NCBI RefSeq assembly: GCF_900289195.1 | Contig: NZ_OMOH01000007.1 | Coordinates: forward strand, 77,471 to 109,470 | DNA length: 32,000 bases | DNA from: Propionibacterium ruminifibrarum | GTDB lineage: Bacteria; Actinomycetota; Actinomycetes; Propionibacteriales; Propionibacteriaceae | Direction of reading: 5' to 3' | Shown here: one piece after another, positions 1-9,063 of the stretch | Layout of the letters: every line of letters starts with the position of its first letter | Numbering within the stretch: the stretch's first letter is position 1 | The notes under the pieces: generated by a model | What the model was told of the DNA's origin: nothing | The model's database searches: none | Seen by the model: only the letters and a program-made list of their open reading frames with translations | Translations under genes and position numbers: made by a program

Positions 1-130
1 CGCGGCGGGTCTGAGGTGGGTTCATGCCCGGAGCCTACGCCGGTCTCCCCGCGCCGGCAGCACGATTGTTCAGACGGCCGGTGCGGGTCGGTCAGTTGTC
101 CGGCCTCCGCGAAGGGCTACCGTTGACCGG

Positions 131-496
131 GTGATGGATCGTCGGTGCTCGCGCAATGGCTGCAACGAGCGTGCAGTCGCCACCCTCACGTTCGCCTATG
201 CCGATTCCACGGCCGTTCTCGGCCCTCTCGCCGTGGCGGCCGAGCCCGGCAGCTACGACCTGTGCGAACGGCACGCCGAGTCCATGAGCGTGCCGAGGGG
301 CTGGGACGTCATCCGGGTGGAGGCGCCCGATGGGCGTCCCCCCGCCCCCGACGAGGACGACCTGTTCGCGCTGGCCGACGCCGTCCGCGAGGTCGGACTG
401 GCCGCAGAACCCGCCCCGGCCACCCCGGACGAGGACGGTGTCGTCGAGCTGGCCCACCGGGGGCATCTGCGCGTCATCGCGGACCGGCCCCGCTGA
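131..496 (+). CDS. DUF3499 domain-containing protein
   Basis: 121-aa ORF. The N-terminal RRCSRNGCNERAVATLTFAYADSTAVLGPL...YDLCERHAE pattern matches the actinobacterial DUF3499 family (Rv3258c type) as I recall it. It sits in the usual mannose-activation neighbourhood. Confidence 0.8.
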   Translation: MMDRRCSRNGCNERAVATLTFAYADSTAVLGPLAVAAEPGSYDLCERHAESMSVPRGWDVIRVEAPDGRPPAPDEDDLFALADAVREVGLAAEPAPATPDEDGVVELAHRGHLRVIADRPR

Positions 497-627
497 GCCG
501 GGTCGGCATGCAGCCGGCGATCGGCGCGGCCGGCCGGACCGGGTCACGCCCGGACTCGTTCCTGACCGCACCCTGGTCGCCGGCCGGTTCGCCGGGGCGC
601 CGGCCCTGCTGGTCTAGGGTGGTCCCC

Positions 628-1455
628 ATGGTTAACGAGTACGCCGAAGGCTTCCCCGCCCTCATCGCCTTCGACCTGGACGACACCCTGGCCCCCAGCA
701 AGTCCCCCCTTCCGGCCGCCATGGGCGCCACGATGCGCGATCTGCTGGCGGTACGCCCCGTGTGCATCATCTCGGGCGGCCAGTTCGGCCAGTTCAAGAC
801 CCAGGTGCTCGACCGGCTGCCGGCCGACACGGACCTGAGCGGGCTCCACCTCATGCCCACCTGCGGCACCCGGTACATGCGGTTCGTCGACGGCGCCTGG
901 CGCGAGCTGTACGCCCACGACCTGGAGCCCGCCCAGCGCCGGGCCGCCATCGAGTCGATCGAGCGCCGCGCCGCTGAACTCGGCCTGTGGGAACCGGACG
1001 AGGCCGTCGCAGGCGACCGCATCGAGGACCGCGGCAGCCAGATCACCTACTCGGCGCTCGGCCAGGAGGCGGCCGTCGACGACAAGAAGGCGTGGGACCC
1101 CGACGGCGCCAAACGCGAGGCCCTCCGCGAGGCCATCGCCGCCGACCTGCCCACCCTCGAGGTGCGGGCCGGCGGCTCGACGTCCATCGACATCACCCGG
1201 CACGGCATCGACAAGGCATACGGCATCGAGCAGCTGGCCGGGCAGACCGGCATCGCGCTGGGCGACATGCTCTTCGTCGGTGACCGGCTCGCACCCGGCG
1301 GCAACGACTACCCGGTGCGGACCCTCGACGTGCCATGCCACCAGGTGGCGGACCATGATGAGACGCTGGCCTACCTGAACCGACTGATCCCGGTGCTCGC
1401 CGCCGGTGACACGCCCGGCGCCGAGCTCCTCGACCTGCTCGAACCACTCGCCTGA
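628..1455 (+). CDS. HAD-IIB family hydrolase, eukaryotic-type phosphomannomutase-like
   Basis: ATG at 628 inside track ORF 145..1455; the upstream part is Arg/Pro-rich junk. HAD motif I is AFDLDDTL. SGGQF, GGSTSIDIT..GIDKAY and FVGDRLAPGGNDYPV resemble the PMM2/Sec53 motifs DVDGTL, GGSDF, GGQISFDV..GWDKRY and FFGDKTMPGGNDHEIF recalled from memory. GTG 619 is an alternative start. Confidence 0.8.
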   Translation: MVNEYAEGFPALIAFDLDDTLAPSKSPLPAAMGATMRDLLAVRPVCIISGGQFGQFKTQVLDRLPADTDLSGLHLMPTCGTRYMRFVDGAWRELYAHDLEPAQRRAAIESIERRAAELGLWEPDEAVAGDRIEDRGSQITYSALGQEAAVDDKKAWDPDGAKREALREAIAADLPTLEVRAGGSTSIDITRHGIDKAYGIEQLAGQTGIALGDMLFVGDRLAPGGNDYPVRTLDVPCHQVADHDETLAYLNRLIPVLAAGDTPGAELLDLLEPLA

Positions 1456-1523
1456 GCCGGTGGCCGGGCGCCCCGGAGGCCGGGGCATCATTGATCGTGA
1501 ACACAACGTTAGGAGCCAGCGCG

Positions 1524-1724
1524 ATGCCCACTGAGGCCGATGTGACCCTCTCCCCGGACTTCCTGCAGGTCGCGGCCTGCCCGAGCTGCCATGCCAAGCT
1601 CGCCGTCGACTACGACCACAGTGAGCTCGTGTGCACCAGCACGGACTGCGCCCTGGCCTACCCGATCATCGATGGCATCCCCGTCCTGCTGATCGACGAG
1701 GCGCGCCCGACCCAGTCCAGGTGA
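1524..1724 (+). CDS. Trm112 family protein
   Basis: 66 aa from ATG 1524, with AGGAG at 1511-1515 (8-nt spacing). It has a CPSC...CTSTDC zinc-ribbon and the YPIIDGIPVLL motif typical of Trm112/DUF343. TTG 1491 from the track is an alternative start. Confidence 0.8.
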   Translation: MPTEADVTLSPDFLQVAACPSCHAKLAVDYDHSELVCTSTDCALAYPIIDGIPVLLIDEARPTQSR

Positions 1725-1729
1725 GGCCG

Positions 1730-2743
1730 ATGAGCGACTTCGACGACTCCCTCCTCGACGACCAGGACGCCCTGGCCCGGATCGACGAGCAGCTGCGCGC
1801 CCTGGCCGGAACCGGTGCGCGCATCCGCATGGACGCCGCGGAGCTGGGCCGCCCGGACTTCGGGGCCGGGTATCGCCCGCGTGGCGTCGTCATCGTCGGC
1901 CCCGAGGCGCGTCTCGTGCGCGCCCTGCTCGAACCCTGCTGCCCGGTGCCCGTCGTGGCCTGGCCCTTCGCCGGCCTGCCGGCCTGGACCGGCCCGCTCG
2001 ACCTCGTCGTCGTCCTCGCCGGTGCCGCCGGTTCCGGCGCCGACGAGGTCTCCAGCGCCTCCGAGGCGGTGCGCCGCGGCGCGGCCGTGCTCGCCGCGGC
2101 CCCCGAGGGCTCGCAGGTCACCCGGGCCGCCGGGTCGTCCGCGACGATGCACATCCGTACCCGCAGCGCCGACGCCCTCGGCAGCGCCGTTGCGGCGATG
2201 AGTGTCCTGCACGAACTCGACCTGGGTCCGCTGGTGCGTCCCGGCGATGTCGCGGAGACCGCCGACATGGTCGCCGAGGAGTCCAGCCCCTTCCACGACC
2301 TGTCCGACAACCCCGCCAAGGACCTGGCCCTGGCGCTGGCGGACGCCATGCCACTGACCTGGGGCGGTTCCGTGCTCGCCGCCAGGGCGGCCCGCCGCGT
2401 CGCCGAGGCCCTGCGCCGGGCGAGCAGCCGTCCGGCGCTGTCGGCCGTCAGCGGGGAACTGCTGCCGGTCATCGAGGGGGCGCCGGTGCGCGACCGGTTC
2501 GCCGACCCCGACGACGGCCCCACCGAGCTGCGGCCCGTGCTCGTGATCTTCGACGACGACGAGCACAGCTCATCCATCGACGAGCAACGCGACCGGCTGG
2601 TCGCCGCAGCGGGCCTGCACGAGGTGCGCGTGTGCACCATCAACGCCACGGCGGGGGAGAGGCTCGACCGCTACGTCACGCTTCGCCAGAAGGGCCTCTA
2701 CGGAGCCGCCTATCTCGAACTCGGGTTGTCCGTCCAGAACTGA
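1730..2743 (+). CDS. conserved actinobacterial protein, probably SIS-domain (PGI/PMI-like, Rv3256c-type)
   Basis: 337 aa from ATG 1730, preceded by AGGTGAGG and 5 nt after the Trm112 stop. Coding is supported by length and codon bias. The family call rests mainly on the conserved position after DUF3499/PMM/Trm112, not on a motif I can read. Confidence 0.5.
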   Translation: MSDFDDSLLDDQDALARIDEQLRALAGTGARIRMDAAELGRPDFGAGYRPRGVVIVGPEARLVRALLEPCCPVPVVAWPFAGLPAWTGPLDLVVVLAGAAGSGADEVSSASEAVRRGAAVLAAAPEGSQVTRAAGSSATMHIRTRSADALGSAVAAMSVLHELDLGPLVRPGDVAETADMVAEESSPFHDLSDNPAKDLALALADAMPLTWGGSVLAARAARRVAEALRRASSRPALSAVSGELLPVIEGAPVRDRFADPDDGPTELRPVLVIFDDDEHSSSIDEQRDRLVAAAGLHEVRVCTINATAGERLDRYVTLRQKGLYGAAYLELGLSVQN

Positions 2744-2744
2744 T

Positions 2745-2761
2745 CGGGCCGTCACGGCCCG
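2745..2761 (+). terminator. short GC hairpin right after the SIS-like stop (CGGGCCG-tca-CGGCCCG)
   Basis: Perfect 7-bp stem with a 3-nt loop, beginning 2 nt after TGA 2741-2743. There is no U-tract, so it is only weak terminator evidence. Confidence 0.3.
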
Positions 2762-2850
2762 TCAGGGAGACAGAGATGAGGAACAATGGGTGCTCGCTGC
2801 ACGGCACATCCCCGCGCCCTGCTTGAAACCACGACCGAAGGCTCCCACGC

Positions 2851-3813
2851 ATGAGTGAAGAAGGCGGCATCAGGGCCACCATCGCCGCGCTCGCCGCCAA
2901 TCTGGCGATCGCCCTCACCAAGTTCCTCGCCTGGCTGCTCACCGGGGCCAGCTCGATGCTGTCCGAGGCCATCCACTCGCTGGCCGACACCGGCAACCAG
3001 GTGCTGCTGCTCGTCGGGGGCAGGCAGGGCTCCAGGGGTCCCAGCGAGGCGCACCCGTTCGGCCACGGACGCCAGCGCTACGTCAACGCCTTCCTCGTCT
3101 CCGTCATCCTGTTCAGCGTCGGCGGCCTGTTCGCCCTCTACGAGGCCCTGCACAAGGCCGCGGAGGTGCTCTCCGGGGGCGGGGACGAGCTGATGGCCTC
3201 ACGCTGGTGGTGGGTGCCACTCGCCGTGCTGCTCGTCAGCGCGGTGGCCGAGTCCCTCAGCCTGCGCACCGCCCTCGCCGAGACCCGGGAGCAGCGCAGG
3301 GGCAAGGGGATCATCGGTTTCGTCCGGGCCACCAAGTCGCCGGAGCTCCCTGCGGTCCTGCTCGAGGACACCGCGGCGCTGGCCGGTCTCGCCCTGGCCC
3401 TCATCGGCATCGTCCTGACCCTGGTCACCGGCAACGGGATCTACGACTGCATCGGGTCCGGGCTCATCGGCGTGCTGCTCATCGCTGTCGCGGTCCTGCT
3501 CGGCCACGAGATGCAGTCACTGCTGCTCGGCGAGTCGGCCGACCCCGAGACACAGGCCCGTATCGTGACCGCCTTGACGAGCACGCCCGGCGTCGAGAGC
3601 GTCATCCACATGAAGACGGTGCACACCGGGCCCGAGCAGATCCTGGTCGCCGCCAAGATCGCCGTCACGAGAACCGAGAGCGCCGAGTACATCGCCGCCG
3701 TCATCGACGTCGCCGAACGCAATGTGCGCTGGAACGAGCCCCGGTGCGAGTACATCTACCTGGAACCGGACATCAGGCGGTCGAGCTACCGCCCGGCCCG
3801 ACGCAAGTTCTGA
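2851..3813 (+). CDS. cation diffusion facilitator (CDF) family metal efflux transporter
   Basis: 320 aa. The TM2 signature SMLSEAIHSLADTGNQ, then HPFGHGRQRY and a C-terminal cytoplasmic domain are typical of CDF/CzcD-like proteins. Confidence 0.85.
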   Translation: MSEEGGIRATIAALAANLAIALTKFLAWLLTGASSMLSEAIHSLADTGNQVLLLVGGRQGSRGPSEAHPFGHGRQRYVNAFLVSVILFSVGGLFALYEALHKAAEVLSGGGDELMASRWWWVPLAVLLVSAVAESLSLRTALAETREQRRGKGIIGFVRATKSPELPAVLLEDTAALAGLALALIGIVLTLVTGNGIYDCIGSGLIGVLLIAVAVLLGHEMQSLLLGESADPETQARIVTALTSTPGVESVIHMKTVHTGPEQILVAAKIAVTRTESAEYIAAVIDVAERNVRWNEPRCEYIYLEPDIRRSSYRPARRKF

Positions 3814-3840
3814 ACCCCCCGCGGCAATGCGGGGAGGTGA

Positions 3841-3882
3841 CCGGGGGCGCCGGACCGCACTGCTGTGGTCCGGCGCCCCCGG
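3841..3882. terminator. bidirectional hairpin terminator between convergent CDF and DUF3039 genes
   Basis: Perfect 16-bp stem (CCGGGGGCGCCGGACC / GGTCCGGCGCCCCCGG) with a 10-nt loop. A smaller CCCCGC-ggcaat-GCGGGG hairpin lies at 3817-3834. There is no U-tract, which I recall is common in high-GC actinobacteria. Confidence 0.6.
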
Positions 3883-3894
3883 GTCGGGAACGGC

Positions 3895-4158
3895 TCAGCG
3901 GTCGGGCCCCTTGTCCTCACCCGGCTTCATCTGCTCCCAGATCTCCTTGCAGGTGGGGCAGACGGGGAACCGGTCGGGATTGCGGGTGGGCACCCAGACC
4001 TTCCCGCACAGGGCCACGACGGGAGTGCCCGTCACGAGCGCCTCGGTGAGTTTCGCCTTGGGGACGTAGTGGCTGAAGCGCTCCTCATCACCCTCCTCGT
4101 AGGTGGGCTGGGTGCGTTCCTTGACGATGGTTTCAGACCCCGGTGCCAACTGACTCAT
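3895..4158 (-). CDS. DUF3039 domain-containing protein
   Basis: These are the last 87 codons of the 606-aa track ORF, starting at ATG (CAT 4156-4158). The sequence RFSHYVPKAKL...ALCGKVWVPTRNPDRFPVCPTCKEIWE matches the DUF3039 pattern. The upstream 519 codons are antisense to the MFS gene. Confidence 0.8.
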   Translation of the reverse strand: MSQLAPGSETIVKERTQPTYEEGDEERFSHYVPKAKLTEALVTGTPVVALCGKVWVPTRNPDRFPVCPTCKEIWEQMKPGEDKGPDR

Positions 4159-4260
4159 GGGCTCATCGTCCCACACCGGCCAAGCGGTGCGGCCGGGACG
4201 GCGGGAGGCTTTCCCGGCGCTGGTGCACGATGCCGGCAGGGCGTGCTTTGATGGACCCTT

Positions 4261-5655
4261 GTGACCGGTGGAGTCAGCAGAACCAGCGCTGCGGGGGTGA
4301 GTCCCCTGCTCGTCGTCGGCATTCTCGCCGCCGTCCTGGCGACCGCGTTCGAGAGCTACGGCACGCTGACGGCCATGCCATCGGCCGCCTCGCAGTTCGG
4401 GCGCATGGACCTGTACGACTGGGCGTTCACGACGTTCATGATCTTCCAGGTGATGGCCATCGTCATCGGCGGGCGCCTGTGCGACCGGATCGGTTCCGTC
4501 ATCCCCCTGGCCGGTGGGATGGTCGTCTTCGTGCTCGGCCTGGCGGCAGCCGGCCTCTCGGTGTCGATGCACATGCTGCTGGCCACGCGCGCCGTGCAGG
4601 GCCTCGGCGCCGGCATGAGCAATGTCGCCCTCATGGTGCTCATCGGCCGGGTCTTCTCCGACGAGCGCAAACCGGCGATGATGTCGGCCTTCTCGTTCTG
4701 CTGGGTCCTGCCGAGCTTCGCCGGCCCACCGGTCGCCGCCTTCATCACCGAGCACTTCGGCTGGCACTGGGTCTTCTGGGGCCTGATCCCCGTCGTCGTC
4801 TTCTCCCTCGCCACCGGCTGGGCGCCCCTCATGCGGGTGCGCGGCCGTGACCTCGACGCAATCGACGAGGGCAACGAGGACCCGGCCAACGCGCCCGTCC
4901 CGCTGTGGGCGGCCGTCTGCGCGGCGCTCGGTGCCGCGATGATCCAGTACGCCGGGCACCGGCTCGACCTGGTGGCCGCGGTCGTCGCCCTGGCCGGGCT
5001 CGTCCTGCTCCGCCTGGCGATCCCCGCGCTCATGCCGGCCGGTTTCCTGCGGCTGGGCAGGGGCCTGCCCTCGGTCATGGTCACCCGCGGGCTCGAGAAC
5101 GGCGCCTTCATCGCCTCCGAGACCTATCTGCTGCTCATCCTCACCCAGGAGCACGGCATGGACCTGGGCCGGGCGAGCATCCTGCTGTGCACCGGGTCGA
5201 TCACCTGGGCCCTCAGCTCGTGGGCGCAGTCCCAGCAGTGGATGCGCGGGCGGATGCGCCGCGACCGGATCATCGTGCTGGGCGCCTGGCTGTGCACGAT
5301 CGGTGTCGCGGTCATGCTCGTCTGCGCCCTGGTCGAGGCCCTGCCGGTGCCCGTGCTCATCGCCGGCTACGCCACCGGGGGCTTCGGCATGGGGCTCATC
5401 GCCTCCAGCACCTCGCTGGCCGTCATGGCCCTGTCGGACCCGGCGGTGCTCGGCCGGTCCACCTCGTCGCTGCAGGTCTCCGAGGGCCTGCTCAACTCCC
5501 TCATCACCGGTGTCGCCGGCTCGGCCTACGCGCTGGGTGCAGCCGGCGGCAACTGGCCGATCGTCTTCGGCTCGGTGCTCGCCGTGACGACCACCGCCGC
5601 GGCCGTCGGTCTCGTCGCCGCCCTGCGCGTCGGCCCGGTGCACGACCCGGCCTGA
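4261..5655 (+). CDS. MFS transporter
   Basis: 464 aa from a GTG start, with about 12-14 hydrophobic segments. The GGRLCDRIG loop between TM2 and TM3 is the MFS signature. Substrate unknown. Confidence 0.8.
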   Translation: MTGGVSRTSAAGVSPLLVVGILAAVLATAFESYGTLTAMPSAASQFGRMDLYDWAFTTFMIFQVMAIVIGGRLCDRIGSVIPLAGGMVVFVLGLAAAGLSVSMHMLLATRAVQGLGAGMSNVALMVLIGRVFSDERKPAMMSAFSFCWVLPSFAGPPVAAFITEHFGWHWVFWGLIPVVVFSLATGWAPLMRVRGRDLDAIDEGNEDPANAPVPLWAAVCAALGAAMIQYAGHRLDLVAAVVALAGLVLLRLAIPALMPAGFLRLGRGLPSVMVTRGLENGAFIASETYLLLILTQEHGMDLGRASILLCTGSITWALSSWAQSQQWMRGRMRRDRIIVLGAWLCTIGVAVMLVCALVEALPVPVLIAGYATGGFGMGLIASSTSLAVMALSDPAVLGRSTSSLQVSEGLLNSLITGVAGSAYALGAAGGNWPIVFGSVLAVTTTAAAVGLVAALRVGPVHDPA

Positions 5656-5754
5656 CCCCGGTGTCGTGCGCCCGGGCCGGGGATGCCCCCGGATTCCCGG
5701 CCGGCCCCTGTGCACAACTGGGGCGGGCCGATTCGCTCATGGCATTCTTGAGGC

Positions 5755-6729
5755 GTGAGCGAAGATTCCCGCAACGACCAGAACCAGGGCTCCGGGTACG
5801 GCCACGACCTGCAGGCGGGTCAGCAGGACGGCCGGCCCGCCCAGCAGCTGCCCCCGGCCGGGTGGTACTCCGACCCGCACCCGCAGGGCATCGGCCAGCG
5901 GTACTGGGACGGCGCCCGGTGGACGCACAGCACGCGCCCCGATCCGGCCACCGCCGCTGGGGTTGCGGGCCCTGCCGAGGCCGCTCCCACCGCCCCGGTG
6001 CAGCAGGCTCAGCCCCAGCCCGGCTATCCCCAGGGCCGGCCGGGTCAGGTTCAGCCCCAGCCGGGTTACCCCCAGGCCCAGCCCGACTACGGCCAGGGCG
6101 GCTATCCCTACGTCGGCGGTTACCAGCAGCCCTGGCGCACCGAGGCGGGTTTCGCCTACCCGAGCGGCCCTGTCACCGCCGACGGCGTGCGGCTCGGCGG
6201 CTGGGGCGCCCGATTCGTCGCGTGGATCATCGACGGCATCCTGCTGGTCGTCATCCAGACCATCGTCCTGCAGCTCTTCTTCCGCGACATCGTCACCGCG
6301 ATGATGCAATGGCAGCAGGACGTCATCTCCGCCTTCAACAATGGCTCCACCGACGTCCCGAGCCCCCTCGACCCGGTCTACGGCGTGACGACCCAGTGGT
6401 ACGTGTTCCAGGTCGTCGTCCTGATCATCGGCTTCGTCTACTTCCTGCTCCTGACGCACTACCGGGGCGCCACCCTCGGCCAGCAGGCCCTCGGCCTGCG
6501 CGTCGTACCGGTCGACCGGGGCCGCGTGCCCGCCGGCCTGCCCTGGGGCCCCAGCCTGATCCGTATCGGCGTGCTGTGGGTCGGCCGTGTCATCGGCCTG
6601 CTGCCCGTCATCGGTTTCCTGGGCAACCTGGTGCAGCTCGCCGACGTCATCTATGGCCTCGCCAACAAGAAACGCCAGACCCTGCACTGCCGGTTCTCCG
6701 GCACCCAGGTCATCTCGACCCGCCCGTGA
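5755..6729 (+). CDS. DUF2510 plus RDD family membrane protein
   Basis: 324 aa from a GTG start. The N-terminal GWYSDPHPQGIGQRYWDGARWTH is the DUF2510 motif. A Pro/Gln/Tyr-rich linker follows, then a C-terminal RDD-type domain with 3 TM segments (GGWGARFVAWIIDGILL...). Confidence 0.75.
   Translation: MSEDSRNDQNQGSGYGHDLQAGQQDGRPAQQLPPAGWYSDPHPQGIGQRYWDGARWTHSTRPDPATAAGVAGPAEAAPTAPVQQAQPQPGYPQGRPGQVQPQPGYPQAQPDYGQGGYPYVGGYQQPWRTEAGFAYPSGPVTADGVRLGGWGARFVAWIIDGILLVVIQTIVLQLFFRDIVTAMMQWQQDVISAFNNGSTDVPSPLDPVYGVTTQWYVFQVVVLIIGFVYFLLLTHYRGATLGQQALGLRVVPVDRGRVPAGLPWGPSLIRIGVLWVGRVIGLLPVIGFLGNLVQLADVIYGLANKKRQTLHCRFSGTQVISTRP
6010..6076 (+). repeat. 42-nt-period tandem repeat in the RDD gene linker
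   Basis: cagccccagcccggctatccccagg (6010-6034) recurs as cagccccagccgggttacccccagg (6052-6076). The units encode QPQPGYPQG.. and QPQPGYPQA... Confidence 0.8.
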
Positions 6730-6825
6730 TCCCGCCGCTCGACTCGTCGTCGGCGGACGCCCGTCTGCGTGGTCGCCTGCCGGGCCTGCAGGGGCCTGCG
6801 GGGGAGCACTCGCTAGGGTGGGGCC

Positions 6826-9063
6826 ATGGCCCTGAGTGACCCCGCGCTGAACCGTCTCGCCGAACTCTTCGGCATCGCCACTCAGTTCTGGGACTGGAAG
6901 GGCCGCCGCGTCGACGTGACCGACGAGACGGTCATCAAGGTGCTCGCCGCGCTCGGTGTCGACGCCTCCACGCCCAAGGCCGCGGACGAGGCCGTCCTGG
7001 CGCAACTCGACAAGCCGTGGCGCCGCGTGCTGCCACCGGTCGTCGTCACGCGCGCCGGGAGCGCCTCGACGATCAATGTGCACGTCGAGGACGGCCACCC
7101 GGCCCAGGTCAGGGTCCGCCTCGAGGACGGGGGCCTCCGCGATCTGCAGCAGGTCGACAACTGGGAACCGGCACGCCCCATCGACGGACGCATGATCGGC
7201 GAGGCCAGTTTCGCGCTGCCCGCGGACCTGCCGCTGGGCTATCACCGCATCCAGCTGTTCTCCGATGACCTGCAGGCCGAGACGACGCTCATCGTCTCAC
7301 CCGCCTTCCTCGGCTTCCCTCGCGCCATGGGGGACCAGCGCATCTGGGGCTACGCCGCGCAGCTCTACTCGGTGCGTTCGGCCGACTCGTGGGGAACCGG
7401 GGACTTCTACGATCTCGGCGCCCTGGCCGGCTGGTCCGCCTCGCAGCAGTACGCGGGCTACGTCCTCATCAACCCGGTGCACGCCGCCGAGCCGGTCGAA
7501 CCACTCGAATCGAGCCCGTACCTGCCGACGAGCAGGCTCTTCGTCAACCCGATGTACATCCGCCCCGAGGCCATCGCCGAATACGCCTTCCTCGAAGAGA
7601 CCGACCGCGCCCGCGTCCAGAGCGCGAAGGCCGAGCTGGCCGGGCGGCTGGCCGGCTCCGAGCGCATCGAGCGGGACATCTGCTGGTCCCTCAAGCGGCG
7701 TGCCCTGCGCATCATCTGGGCGGCCGGGCGCGACGACCACCGGCAGATGATGTTCGAGGCGTACCGCCGCCGCGAGGGCCGCATGCTGCGCGACTACGCC
7801 ACCTGGGCGGCGCTCACCCAGGAACTCGGCCGCGACTGGCGCCTGTGGCCGCCGCAGTACCAGCGGCCGACGTCGCCGGAGGTGGACGCCTTCCGCGTCG
7901 AACACGCCGACGAGATCGACTTCCAGTGCTGGCTGCAGTGGATCGCCTCGGTGCAGGCCGGCAGGGCCCAGCAGACGGCGCTCGACGCCGGCATGGCGGT
8001 GGGGGTCGTCACCGACCTGGCCGTGGGGGTCAGCGCGGCCGGGGCCGACACGTGGATGATGAACGACGTCTACGCCGAGAACATGACGGTGGGCGCACCG
8101 CCGGACGCCTACAACCAGCTGGGACAGGACTGGGGCCAGCCGCCGTGGCGCCCCGACCGCCTCGAGGACCTCGCCTACGCCCCCTTCCGCACGATGGTGC
8201 GCAACGCCCTGCGTCACGCCGGCGGCATGCGCATGGACCACATCATCGGCATGTTCCGCCTGTGGTGGGTGCCGGCCGGCAGCGGCCCGCGCGAGGGCAC
8301 CTATGTGCGCTACGACCACGAGGCGCTCATCGGCATCATCGCCCTCGAGGCGTACCGCGCCCAGGCGATGGTCATCGGCGAGGACCTGGGCACGGTCGAG
8401 CCGTGGGTGCGCGAGTACCTCGCGAGCCGCGGCATCCTCGGCACATCCGTGCTGTGGTTCGAGGAGGAGGACGGCCACCCCAGGGCCATGGAGTCCTGGC
8501 GGGAGTACGCGATGGCCTCGGTCAACACCCACGACCTGCCCCCGACGGCCGGCTACCTCGACAAGTCGCACGTGCGGCTGCGCCACGGGCTGGGTCTGCT
8601 CACCGAGTCGCTCGAGGAGGAGGAGCGCCTCGCGGACGAGGAGCAGGAACGCTGGATGGCCTACCTCCGCGCCGTCGGGGCCCTCGACGAGTCACCGGAC
8701 GACGTCACCGAGGCCAGGGTGCTCGGCCTGTACCGCATGCTCACCCGCACCCCGAGCCGGGTGCTGTGCGCCACGCTCGTCGACGCGGTCGGCGAGAAAC
8801 GCATCCAGAACCAGCCCGGCACGATCGACGAGTACCCGAACTGGCGGGTGCCGCTGGGCGGCCCGGACGGGCAACCGCTGCTGCTCGAGGACATCTACGC
8901 GATGGAGCGGCCGATGCGGCTGGCAGCCGTGCTCAACGGCTTCACCCAGGTGCCGGCGCCGTGGGAGCGCTCCGACGAGGTCGAGTCGCGGCCCGTCAGC
9001 CGGCGCGTTCCGCTGCGGGCCGCGCCGGGACGCCACGGCCTGCCACGGACGTCACGGGCATGA
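6826..9063 (+). CDS. malQ: 4-alpha-glucanotransferase (amylomaltase)
   Basis: 745 aa. It has the actinobacterial long-form MalQ N-terminus ([16 protein letters not shown]) and GH77 catalytic-region motifs ([25 protein letters not shown]). The last ~40 aa are Arg/Pro-rich and poorly MalQ-like. Confidence 0.9.
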   Translation: MALSDPALNRLAELFGIATQFWDWKGRRVDVTDETVIKVLAALGVDASTPKAADEAVLAQLDKPWRRVLPPVVVTRAGSASTINVHVEDGHPAQVRVRLEDGGLRDLQQVDNWEPARPIDGRMIGEASFALPADLPLGYHRIQLFSDDLQAETTLIVSPAFLGFPRAMGDQRIWGYAAQLYSVRSADSWGTGDFYDLGALAGWSASQQYAGYVLINPVHAAEPVEPLESSPYLPTSRLFVNPMYIRPEAIAEYAFLEETDRARVQSAKAELAGRLAGSERIERDICWSLKRRALRIIWAAGRDDHRQMMFEAYRRREGRMLRDYATWAALTQELGRDWRLWPPQYQRPTSPEVDAFRVEHADEIDFQCWLQWIASVQAGRAQQTALDAGMAVGVVTDLAVGVSAAGADTWMMNDVYAENMTVGAPPDAYNQLGQDWGQPPWRPDRLEDLAYAPFRTMVRNALRHAGGMRMDHIIGMFRLWWVPAGSGPREGTYVRYDHEALIGIIALEAYRAQAMVIGEDLGTVEPWVREYLASRGILGTSVLWFEEEDGHPRAMESWREYAMASVNTHDLPPTAGYLDKSHVRLRHGLGLLTESLEEEERLADEEQERWMAYLRAVGALDESPDDVTEARVLGLYRMLTRTPSRVLCATLVDAVGEKRIQNQPGTIDEYPNWRVPLGGPDGQPLLLEDIYAMERPMRLAAVLNGFTQVPAPWERSDEVESRPVSRRVPLRAAPGRHGLPRTSRA

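Noticed and set aside
145-627. 161-codon N-terminal extension of the HAD-IIB ORF; similar extensions occur for menE (14335-15396), menF (12913-13053), pncB (16992-17387), murI (18201-18344), thyA (20909-21046) and the PTS gene (25341-25385)
   Set aside because: The extensions are Arg/Pro-rich and overlap neighbouring genes or intergenic DNA. They are not needed for the conserved N-termini, and better-placed start codons, some with SD sequences, exist downstream.
2762-2812. Possible NiCo (czcD-motif) riboswitch upstream of the CDF transporter, suggested by GGGAGACAG...TGGGTG...CGGCACA strings
   Set aside because: The strings recall conserved czcD-motif nucleotides. However, the segment between the pairing GGGA and TCCC ends is only about 48 nt. 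I cannot build the four-helix architecture, and my memory of the consensus is imprecise. A covariance-model scan (Rfam NiCo) would settle it.
4159-5715. Upstream 519 codons of the 606-aa minus ORF 3895..5715
   Set aside because: This part is antisense to the MFS transporter and compositionally degenerate (runs of G, R, D, H). Only the last 87 codons (DUF3039, from ATG at 4158) look real.
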